Assembly (NCBI GenBank): GCA_951406725.2
Contig: OX597831.1
Span: forward strand, 49,724,001-49,788,000
Source: Octopus vulgaris
Taxonomy: Eukaryota
DNA: 64,000 nt
Direction of reading: 5' to 3'
The position numbers and the translations under genes are program-made. The notes under the pieces were generated by a model, which saw only the letters and a list, made by a program, of their open reading frames with translations, searched no databases and was not told where the DNA came from. Of the stretch, positions 37,421 to 49,177 are shown piece after piece. Each line of letters begins with the position of its first letter. Position 1 is the first letter of the stretch.

Positions 37421-38653
37421 TATATATATACACATATATATATATACATATATATACATATGTACATATATATGTACATACATATATATACATATATATA
37501 CACACATATATACAAACACACATAAATATATATCATTGACTTATACATATATATCATAAGGGTTCTTCTATTTCTTACTGAACAACTCACAGGTGATTTC
37601 TTTACAGTGATCGAATGTTTGTGTTCACATAAGCTCTCACTCCCTCTCTCAAATCGATATTATCGATACAGGTGCACTACGTGCCACATATTAGAACGAA
37701 ACGATCAGACGCCAACGTGAAATGAAGTGTTTTGTCCAAGAACTCAATGTAACCGCCGGTCTGGGAATCGAACTCACGATTTCGCAATCGCGAGTGCAGT
37801 ACCTTCATACACACTCATATACTTTGTGTGCGTGCCTTTAGGCCTGTATTTGTACACCATCATCACCATCACTACCACCATCATCACCACTTGACAACTG
37901 AAGTGGTTTCCGTACGTTCCCATAAATTAGCGTTTAGACTTAAATGGCAGAATTCTAAATACTGTACTAGAATTCCTAATAGAGATGCTGGATTCGATTT
38001 GTTCGTCTAAAATCATTCAAAGGAAGTGCTCTAACATGGCCGCAGTCGAACGACTGAAACCAGTGAAAAGTAAAACATACAAAAGGATTTATGTCATGCT
38101 GTCTTATTTCATCGACGCAGGAAGATGCCGAAAATTTATTAAGATTTGCAGATGTTCCAAGCGGTGTTGAGCCTAATAACAGAATTACTTCCTAGTTACT
38201 TCCTAGCATTCTCACTGAGTGAATTTAACAGCAAATGATTATTGGAAAATATTCCTGAAAAGAGGGAACTATTGTTGACGAGGAAGACATTAACAGCAAG
38301 GAATGGAAATAATTTCCCATTTTTGATCATGCTGACAAGTATGAATAATCGTTTCAATTAATTCAAGATTATCTGTTAACTTCAATTTACACGTAAAAAT
38401 ATTTTTTCACAGTTATTTTCCTTGCTTGACATAAGGTTTTATAATCCATCGATTTTTCTTTCCTTCCATTTCAACCTATTTTCTTCAACTATTTTCTGTA
38501 TCTCGCCTACAGTTGCACGGAATAAAATATATGTAACCCTCTTCGTTTCGTTACCATTTTAATGCACTTTTCATTGCTTCTTTCCATATTTATCTCTCCT
38601 TCCTTACTCGTTCTTCTTATCTCAACGAAAAGCGTACACACACACACACACAC

Positions 38654-38694
<41 letters not shown>

Positions 38695-38698
<4 letters not shown>

Positions 38699-38753
38699 AA
38701 CACACACAAATATATACATACATGCACGCGGGCGCTTACACACAAACACGTAT

Positions 38754-38797
<44 letters not shown>

Positions 38798-38965
38798 ACA
38801 AATATATACATACATGCACGCGGGCGCTTACACACAAACACGTATGCACACGCACACACACACACATACACACACACACACACACAAACACACACAAATA
38901 TATACATACATGGACGCAGGCGCTCACACACAAACACGTATGCACACGCACACACATACACATAT
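38695..38965. repeat. Three tandem units of about 90-100 bp built on (CA)n
   Basis: CAAATATATACATACATG(C/G)ACGC(G/A)GGCGCT occurs three times. Confidence 0.85.
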
Positions 38966-39328
38966 ATACACGAAGAAGAACTTTAGTTCCTAATAAATAT
39001 ACCGACTCACGGCGAGCTTTGGGCATTTTAAATTATGGAGGAGCCCGTCCAACTGCTGGTTTCAACATATCCAACATTTTCAGAGAAAGAAAGGCAAAAA
39101 GAGAGAGAGAGAGAGAAAGAAAGAATGAGAGACAGAGATAGAAAAATGAGCGAGAGAGAGAGAGAGAGGCAGAGGAAGAGAGAAGGAGAAAACCTTCTCT
39201 ACTACTTCACAGGTACACAAATTAACGACTCCGAAAGAAAATGAAAGGCAAAGTCAATCTCGTCGAGATTTGAAGTTGCAGCGCAGAAGCCGATCCAAAT
39301 ATCACATCGCACACGCACTCCCTCTTTC

Positions 39329-39360
<32 letters not shown>

Positions 39361-39851
39361 CGCTGTCATACATACACACGCACACACATGCACACAAATA
39401 TATGCACGTATGTATAAAGTATGTATAAATGTATGTCACATTGGATGTCAGATAAACTGAAACCTGTTACAAGCAACCATGCGATCCGCTACAGGCAACC
39501 ATGTGATCTGCTACAGGCAACTAGAATCGATGATCACGTTGTGGACCTTTTTAAATGTACCAACCAAACCCTGTCTAATTTTGTGACGTTGGACACCCAG
39601 CATGACAAACAAAAACCTCTCAAACGTCGGATAAATAAAAAATGTCAACGTTCGTAATATGAGATCCATAAGAACTGAAGGCATTAAATAATTGTCTGCA
39701 AATACGGATTTCCAGATATAATGTACCTCTAATCGTGCCGCTAAAGTATAGCAATAAATATGTTTGCGTGCATGTGCATGTGCGCGTGTATACTTAAATG
39801 TATGTATGTATGCATGTATGTATGTGTGTATGCATGTGCGTGTGTCTATGT

Positions 39852-39914
<63 letters not shown>

Positions 39915-40444
39915 ACAACAAATTGAGGAACGGCCATAATAGGCCGTTCGACTCACTAGAAGAAGCAGTCAGGGCTTCAACCGCAAATAGTAGTAATTCC
40001 GTAAACAGAGAAAAATTTAAAAAACATTTACCCTGTTCATCTTTAGACAATGCATTGTTTCATCGTTTTTTATTGGTAAATCAGCCTGATTACATTAAAT
40101 CAAGTCAATCTTCCAAAGGCCAACGCAATTCATCAGTAAAGAGGCCAAGAGGCACAACACATACATATATATACATATTTGATGGACTCCCCCGTGGAAG
40201 ACAACGTATGAGCGTTCATCCTGCACAAATAATTTGTTTATAATGATCAAATGTTCGTGTCACGCATTGGCTCACTCTCTCCATCAAATCGATGTTATCT
40301 GAACAGGTGCACGGCGTACCAGGGGTCAGGTGTCAAGGTGATCAAGAACATGGCGCATTATCCGATCTAGGAATTCAATTCACAAGCAGAACACCCTAAC
40401 TATTAGGCTATGCATCCTCACATATACATACATATATATATATA

Positions 40445-40747
40445 TCACACGTGATCACGTGACCGACCAGACCATCAGATGTTGTTACACATCGCTGGTC
40501 ACAATGCGTTCGCATTATTTTAGCCTTCGAATGAAGCCACCCCGCTGGCTAAGCGAGCATGCCAACAGAAGAAAGAGTGGGAGAAAGAGTGGTGAAAGAG
40601 TACAGCAGGGATCACCACCCCATGCCGGAGCGTCGAGAAGCTTTTAGGTGTTTTCGCTCAATAAACACTCACAACGCCCGGTCTGGGAATCGAAACCGCG
40701 ATCCTGCGATCCAAGTCCGCTGCCCTAACCACTGGGCCATTGCGCCT

Positions 40748-40750
<3 letters not shown>
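40445..40750 (-). mobile_element. tRNA-derived SINE, family D, full length
   Basis: Minus strand TGGAGGCGCAATGGCCCAGTGG (A box)...GGTTTCGATTCCC (B box); 3' end CACGTGATCACGTG. 3' fragments occur at 53040-53180 and 57919-58085. Confidence 0.85.
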
Positions 40751-40795
<45 letters not shown>

Positions 40796-41054
40796 GATGA
40801 TTGCTTCATCTTGACAAATAACAGATGATTGCCATCAGCAGACACTCCACACTCTATCACACAACACAATCCCTCCGTTCACGAGCTCTCAGATTACATT
40901 TGAGACCAGCAGCTGACTGACAGGGTTTAACACACAAGTGACAGATATTTCTGAAGGAATGTGTTTTGTGAATTACCATGTCTTTTAAGTCCAGATATTG
41001 TTTTATAACTTTTGTGACACAAGTCGTAAGGGGCGGTTGGTGTTAAAGATTATT

Positions 41055-41085
<31 letters not shown>

Positions 41086-41592
41086 ATCAGTGCATCTGCA
41101 TCTTTATGTAAAATTTACACAGGAGGATGATATGATCGTGGTTGTTGGGATCGAGTATTTCTACTTCCAAGCTAAATGCAATACTACTGGGAGTTTTGTC
41201 AAATTTAAGCAAGTGTGTCAAAATTAACTGAGGTATGAGACTCAAAGAGAATTACCATCAGATGGCTAAGAAAGCAGTTTCGTGGATGCACACTTTGGGA
41301 GGAGGAAGAGAGTAAACAAATGAAAAGAGGTGAGACTCAAAAAATGTTAGAATAAAAAGTGGTAGATAAGATATTAACTAAGGCTACCTAACTCTGAAAG
41401 TGATCGGATGTATGTATGTATGTATGTATGTATGTATGTATGTATGTATGTATGTATGTATGTATGTATGTATGTATGTATGTTTGTATGTATGTCTCTT
41501 CTATTTTAAAATTATTATTAATCTTCTACTGGTTTCCAACAAAGATACAAAGCTCCATTTTTCGGATGTAGTTAACACAGACAAATTCACAT

Positions 41593-42085
41593 TTGGAACT
41601 TGAGAAAGTCTTGCATATTTTTATTGTTCCACTCACAGATTGCAGTTGTAATGTACGAATTAGTCGGTCGATTTCTCTTTCTGAAAATTCCAGTTTATCC
41701 AGACTCTCCTTTAAGTATTTACTAACAAAACCTAGTGCTCCAGTTATTATTGGTATAAATATGAATTCATAGTCTGGATGTAGAAGCTGGAGGTTTCAAA
41801 ACAGTTATCCGTAGATATCCTCTTCCTTTTTTTTTTGATTTTCAAAGAAATATTTATCTCTGCAGGGCAGCAAACCTCTATGATGGTACATACCTTTGAC
41901 GCTCTGTCCTAAACAGCAATATCCGGCCTATTATGCTTAAATTTGACAGATGTTTTGATGGGAATATCCCACCAGTATTCCTTGAGTTGGTGTTTATAAA
42001 TGTATTCCATAATAGAGGGATTTTCTGAGTTTGTTTCAGGACAGTCTATTTTGTTGATTACATTGTAAATTGATTTCGCAACAAC
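41593..42085 (-). mobile_element. R4/Dong-type LINE 3' fragment with restriction-like endonuclease
   Basis: EYWWDIPIKTSVKFKHNRPDIAV*DRASKVCTIIEVCCP...IPIITGALG...GTIKICKTF; a second TIKICKTF copy lies at about 42255-42360. Confidence 0.82.
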
Positions 42086-42116
<31 letters not shown>

Positions 42117-42996
42117 TGTATGTATGTATGTATGTATGTATGTATGTATGTATGTATGTATGTATGTATGTATGTGTTTGTATGTTCTCTTTTTTATCGT
42201 CCTCCTGTTTGATAGTAAGGTTGAGAAGGAAAGCGTCTTGTTTTGCTTATGAGCCTTTAAACATTAAAAACGTCTTGCAGATTTTTATTGTGTCAGTTAT
42301 CGTGAACATTTGTAGCGTTTGAATTAAGGAGTGACATTCTCTCACGATTAACCCGAGTTCAGCCATACATTTTCTCTAGTCTAGTTTGTGCTTATCTTGT
42401 TGCTCCAATAGTAATAGTTATGAATCTGAAACTGTAAATTTATTCTTAGGTAGAGATAGGAATGAACTTATTAGATACAGATAGAAAATCAATTCGGGAG
42501 AGAGAAAGACAAAAGGCTACAACATGGGGAGCATGAAAGCGAAACGGATGACATGGTCAGCATTGGCCAAGAATCAAAATGTAACAGAAACGAGACCAGT
42601 GAAACTTATCTAATAGGAGTTGCTGATTATAAACGTCATACTAATCTTTGTACGTTATCTAAAGAGTTTCGGTTATAGGGTTATGCTCATTTTCGGTATT
42701 TTCATCAAGTTTATGTCTGAACGTTCTTGAATAAAACGAAAATGTTAATTTATATCAAATCTTATAGACCTTTGGCTGGTAATTAAGAAAATTACACTTT
42801 TCTTATCACTATTAAAGTTTAAGAGATACAGTATCATACCTAATTTCGCTTTCTTAAAACTATTTAGAAAGTGAATTGACTCCAATAACGATCACTACAC
42901 AAAGCGAAATTAGTTTTATCATATATATTTACAAAGAATTACTCTTATTAAAAATAAAGGAATTTATTATTATTACTCTGAATTACTATAATTTAA

Positions 42997-43076
<80 letters not shown>

Positions 43077-43141
43077 GTGTATTAGCTTGGCTCGATATAG
43101 AAATAGATCGATAACGCCGGCTGGCCAGCCACAGGCCAGGC

Positions 43142-43214
<73 letters not shown>

Positions 43215-43629
43215 ACAGTATGTGTGTTAGATAGGTATATGTGTATTAGATATGTGTGTGTAACAATATATACATATGTGTGTAGGCGGCGAGCTGGCAG
43301 AAACGTTAGCGCGTTTATATATATCATTTACTAGACACAATACATGTTTTTATGTGCTACTAATAGTTTCATATTTATAGAAAGACCTGAAAGCTATAAC
43401 CATCAGGCACAAACCACATATCATAATGAATTGAGAGAAGAAACGAAATGAGAGAAGGAACGTGAAATGTTCAGAAGGAAGCATATAGAACACGCGGAAG
43501 GTTTGAAAAATGGAAAACGAATAAGTAAAATGTAGAAAGTAGACAAGGTACAAAGAGTTTTCCTCCTCAGACTTTAAATTATAAGGCTGGAAAGATATCA
43601 ACAAGTTTATCAGGTATAAGCAAAATTTT

Positions 43630-44238
43630 CCAATTCTTCAAAGTGTATTTAGATGCATGTTTACAAATACTGAAAATTTCAGACCAAGGGGTCAGTAGTG
43701 AGTGAAGGATCTTAGATCTGAAAAGGATCTGAACTCATTCAGCTAAGCATAGGTTACTTTTATTTGATCCCACAGTATAATATGTGGATTTTTCAGTTAT
43801 TTTCCTCTTAATCACATAAGGTGTTGCGTTAGATTTCGAACCCCATGTGTGGCTACCCAACTTAGTAGCTTTGCTTTTGTCTTTATGTCAGAAGGAGGCT
43901 ATGTGATTAACATAACGATTTTTAAATTCTCCTTCACATAATCCAATATAAGTCTTCTTATCTGATGTATTGTCATCTAGCTTTGCTGTAACTTCTGCCT
44001 CATATATGACAGCTTTAATCCTACACTGTTGGTCAAGTGGATCCTGGGTCATGAGAATAACAGCTGGATTTAGGCTCTTGATATTGATCTGGTGTAATGA
44101 TATTCTTCATATTTGGAAAGCAGCGATATGATAATTTCACAGAACGCCTATTAAATATTTTCTTGTATCAGTGAGTTACTGGAAAGTGTTTGTCTACGAG
44201 TTAAATGCATTTGAGGTCTTTCCCAACATATGAATCTA
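43630..44238 (-). pseudogene. Decayed PLE (Naiad-like) thumb-linker plus GIY-YIG fragment
   Basis: LVDKHFP..KIFNRRSVKLSYRCFPNMKNII; VIYEAEV...TYIGLCEGEFKNRYVNH; SNLCLAE; SEIFSICKH. Confidence 0.88.
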
Positions 44239-44366
44239 TTAGTAACACATAAAAACATCTATTGTGTCTATTAGATAATATTTATCTCTCACCAGATTGA
44301 ACACTTTTTTGTTGATCTTACTATCATAGAACAGAACATTATATATATCAAGATTTACACACACAC

Positions 44367-44420
<54 letters not shown>

Positions 44421-44670
44421 CACACATACACACAACATTTACACATACACACAAATCACTTATACACACATATATGCACGGACATGCATATGTATGTCTT
44501 TTGATTCTTTAATTGTTACGTTAATAACAATTAGTGCTAGTTGTATTTTGGGAATTCATTGATATCATAGATATTTTGAAAGCATTGTCTTTGTAAATCG
44601 TTTCCAAGAGCGTATATTCTATTACGCGCAAAATATTTTAGAAATGCCATAACTATATTTTCGTGAGTGT

Positions 44671-44900
44671 AAGGCGGCGAGCTGGCAGAAACGTTAGCAC
44701 GCCGGGCGAAATGCGTGGCCGTATTTCGTCTGCCGTTACGTTCTGAGTTCAAATTCCGCCGAGGTTGACTTTGCCTTTCATCCTTTCGGGGTCAATAAAT
44801 TAATTACCAGTTACGCACTAGGTCGAGGTAATCGACTTAATCCGTTTGTCTGTCCTTGTTTGTCTCCTCTATGTTTAGCCCCTTGTGTGTAGTAAAGAAA
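44671..44900 (+). mobile_element. SINE family A, full length, with perfect 17-bp TSD
   Basis: TATATTTTCGTGAGTGT at 44654-44670 and 44901-44917. Confidence 0.95.
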
Positions 44901-45357
44901 TATATTTTCGTGAGTGTGTGTGTGTGTGCGCACGTATGTGTATATATGTGTGCGTTGTCTGTGTGTGTCGTGTGTTTGTGTGTCTTTATATGTGTTTTTG
45001 ATGTATGTGCGTTGCAGTGTATTGTGTGCGTGTTGTGAGTGTGTTGCGTTTGTGTCTGAATGCGTCTACATCTGTGGGTATATTTCGACTGTTTGTATGT
45101 ATATGGAGTTATTCCGCATTACATGCATTCGTAAAAGGGAAAACATCTACTTATGATATTTCATATTAAGTGATATCTAATAGGGGAATGACAGGTCATA
45201 CACACGTACACACACACGCACACCCACACACCCACACACCCACACATATATATGTCTCTCTCTCTCTCTATATATATATATATAAACATACATGTGTATA
45301 TGTATATACATACATATATACATATACATACATACATACATACATGCATGTAATATG

Positions 45358-45398
<41 letters not shown>

Positions 45399-45401
<3 letters not shown>

Positions 45402-46025
45402 TATTATAAAAGGCAGATTTTATCTGCCTCCCTTTGTCTCTTATAGAAATCTACAATATAGGATTTCTTCAATTACAATTTACCTAGCATTTTTAAGAGT
45501 AGAATACATCGGGTCGTGCCAGGTCCAGTTTTTCAAATTTCAACCCCAATTAAGCAAAATTTCGAGAAAACTCACATTGTGGTGTGTAAGTGAAGTGCTT
45601 TTCTTAGTGTGGGCTACAGCACACACACACGCACAAACGGAGCGAACTGCTTCACTGATGCTATCACCCTAATTTCTCCTCCTTTCTCTTTGCAAGTGTG
45701 CAACGATTAAAATGAAAGTATTACCTTATGTACCTTAAGGTAATGAAGTGTACCTTAAACCACTACTCAAAAAAAAACAACACAGCAAACAGAAACAAAT
45801 AAATACATAACGATTTACTAAAAACACAATTTCTTCAATTAGAGTTTACCTATGATTTTTCAAAGTACTTCCATTCGGTCATGGCATACAAAATTTCTTT
45901 CAATTTCACCCCCATTTCAGAAAAAATTCGAGAAAGCTAAATATTTTACCATTTCACTCTGCATATTACTCCCACTTCCTATTTACACACATAGACACGC
46001 AAATATATAAATAAAATTGTAAGCT

Positions 46026-46096
<71 letters not shown>

Positions 46097-47358
46097 GTGT
46101 GTGTGAGGGTACGTGTGTGTATGTGTGTGTGTGTGTGCGTGTGTGTGAGTGTGTGACAGGGATGAGCAAGTCAAACTGGTCATCCTTTTTGCTAGATCAC
46201 CTAACATCTAAAGTTATCTCTAAGTAGCAGTCGCCCAAAAGTGTATATAGACACACACATGTATGTATAATGTGTGTGTATATATTTCCATAGAGGTAAC
46301 CATTCACTCCATACAAAGTTATTTAGGACGAATTGGACGAATATAAGATCTAAAGTATATCCAAGTAGCAGAAAGATCGCCCAAAAGTGTATATAGATAT
46401 TTAAACGTATTTATATATTCATCTATACACACATGTATGTATAATGTGTGTGTATATATTTCCATAGAGGTAACCATTCACTCCGCACAAAGTTTTTTAG
46501 GACGGACGAAAATCTTTATATATAAAAGAAAGGTTGTGTGTCTGTCTACTCCGATTTAGATTCCTAACTACTCCCACATTTTACGATGCAGTTTAACCAA
46601 AACCGAGTATCTTATAGTCGTGATTCATATCGAGCCCTTCTGGGTATTAGCGCGCGTCTACGATGAGTCTACGATTTTACAAATAATTTACGATCATTTT
46701 CTCCCATTTTAATGCATATTTTTTAAATAAAGGGAAGTAACTCTCAAACTTCACACCAATATGCGTGCTCATATGCGACGTAATATCACATCAGCAGCAT
46801 TTCCTCACACCCTCCTTGCACTTGGCGAAGGCAAAATACCAGGGGATGAAAATGGTAATATTGCCATCGATTCCATTTGTACCATTGTTAAGACGCCTTC
46901 TGATCTCAGAGATGCAGTGTTCCAAGATCTACAAGCTAATTATCAGAATATGGATTGGATTGGCCAAAAGGCTATACTGGCCCCGAGGAATAAAACTGTT
47001 CACCATATTAATGATGAAATGCTAAAACTCATTCCTGGGGAAGTCTATGTATATCAGTCTATCAATACAGCTCCTGACCCACAGGACGTCATCAACTATC
47101 CAATAGAGGTACTCAATTCCTTTGAGCACCCCGGACTAACACCACACATTCTCAAACTTAAAGTTGGTGCCCCTATAATGCTCATCAGAAATTTGGTTCC
47201 CCCAAAACAATGAAATGGCACACGTTTGATCGTTAAGTCCTTATCTCCCAGCGTAAACTTATATCAATATTTGCCTGAATAATCATCATAATTCAGTGCA
47301 ATCATTAACAGTACTTTCAAGCAATTCAGCCCCGAGCAACGCCGGGCAATTCTGCTAG
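45399..47358 (+). mobile_element. Non-autonomous Helitron (composite)
   Basis: A|TC 5' end at 45399; subterminal hairpin CCCGAGCAACGCCGGG and CTAG|T at 47355-47359; a second 5'-like end at 46513. Confidence 0.8.
46758..47250 (+). pseudogene. Helitron Pif1-type helicase fragment
   Basis: NMRAH, LLALGEG, AILAPRN, YPIEVLNS, LKLKVGAPIMLIRNL, then [TGA]NGTRLIV. Confidence 0.93.
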
Positions 47359-47554
47359 TATATATATATATATATATATTACATATTACAGATAGGGTAT
47401 GCTTTCTATATTGCATCCACGTACAAGCTCTCTCTATACTTTTTAGTTATATTTCTTATATATTTTATACTTATATTTCTTATATATTTTTTATATATAA
47501 TTTTAAAAATATTTATAGAGATATTGTTTCATGGTCTTAAGGCTCATATATTTT

Positions 47555-48110
47555 TTACACATAATTTTTCTGTATTCTACCTTCCATCCTGCATTTTTCC
47601 TGTGCGTATGTAGACGTGTTTACGGAATTTTTTGTGCGCGCGTGTCGATGTGTGCGCGCGTGCGGTTATGCACGTATATAGACGTGTGTGTGCGTGCATT
47701 CGAGTGTATGCGTATATAGACGTGGTTTACTCTTATTGCTTATTTTTTTACACTTTTTACATATTTTTCTGTATTTTGCCTTTAGCCCTAGTTTTTTCTT
47801 GTGCATATGCGTATATAGACGTGTGTATGAACTTTGTCTTAGTGCGCGTGAGTGTGTGTGCGTATAGAGACGTGTACGGGTATATGCGTATATTAGACGT
47901 GTGTGTGCGTGCGTGCAAGTATGTGCGTATATAGACGCGTGTTACTCTTATTGCTTATTTTTTAATACTTTTTTACACATTTTCTGTATTTTGCCTTTAG
48001 TCCTGTTTTTTTCTGATGCATGTGCACATATAGTCGTGTGTATGAACCTTTTTGTGCGTGTACGTGGGTGCGAGCATGTATGCGGGTATGTATATATATC
48101 GTTTTTGGCA
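47555..48110. repeat. Degenerate tandem repeat of about 200 bp
   Basis: TACTCTTATTGCTTATTTTTT and TTTCTGTATTTTGCCTTTAG recur about 215 bp apart. Confidence 0.7.
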
Positions 48111-48769
48111 AATGTGTGGGTGAGCGTGTGTGTGTGGTTAAAGTGAGGGTGGATGGCTATATACATATATGCGCATGTAAGTGGGTGTGCGGGCGCATGT
48201 ATATGTATGGACATGTGCGCTTACTCGATTACTATGAACATTTTTACTCCCTTACCTTTACTCCCTCCTCTTACTTGGCGGTCATTCTAATAGCTCTTTT
48301 GTCTTAATAACGGTCAATCACACAGTAATTTCCCCTTTTTTAACGGTCATTTTCATAAGTACCAGTTGAGCATTGGAGTTGATGTACTCTATTTAACACC
48401 CTCTTCTGTATTGCTGGCCTTTTCCACAATTTGAATTTAACTATAAACTTAACAATTAATCGATGATTTCCGTTTTAGAAGAGTACCATACTAATCAAAT
48501 TTTTACAAGAATAGGGGTGACAGTAAATTTTAAATTTTACGTCTGCTAACCTTCCAGTGTCTAATGAAGGCGACAAAGCCGAAACTTCGAAATCACCCCA
48601 ACCCTCTCTTTGTAAAAATTTATATATATATATATGTATGTGCATGCATGAGTAATTTTTGACATTGGTATGATTTAATCTCAGGGTAGTGACTGCCGCA
48701 ACAAATACTGCTAGGTATTAGTTTTGTGAACTTTAAGGACTGCTAATTTGCTATGGTTTGACTCTTTTA

Positions 48770-48974
48770 CTATTTTATTTGTTTCAGTCATTTGACTGCG
48801 GCCATGCTCGAACACCGCTCGTAGTGGAACAAATCGACCCCAAGACGTGTTCTTTGTAAGCCTAGTACTTATTCCATCGGTCTTTTTTGCTGAACCGCTA
48901 GGTTACGAGGACGTAAACACACCAGCATCGGTTGTCAAACGATGGTAGGGGAACAAACCCAAACCCACAACCCC

Positions 48975-49018
<44 letters not shown>

Positions 49019-49177
49019 GACAGGCTTCTTTCAGTTTCCATCAACCAAATCCACCCACAAGGCTTTGGCCGGCCCGAGACTATAGTAGAAGACACTTGCC
49101 TAAGGTGCCACGCAGTGAGACTGAACTTAGAACCATGTAGTTGGTAAGCAAGCTACTTACTCCACAACCACTCCTAT
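48770..49177 (-). mobile_element. SINE family B
   Basis: Near full-length match. Confidence 0.9.

Noticed and set aside
40680-40750. tRNA gene
   Set aside because: A and B boxes are present but run into a repeated SINE body with no acceptor-stem closure or poly-T terminator; the same applies to families A to C.
48555-48600. Hammerhead CTAATGA-AGGC-GACAAA-GCC-GAAAC
   Set aside because: The core G is mutated and no NUH/stem I pairing follows; at most a dead PLE remnant.
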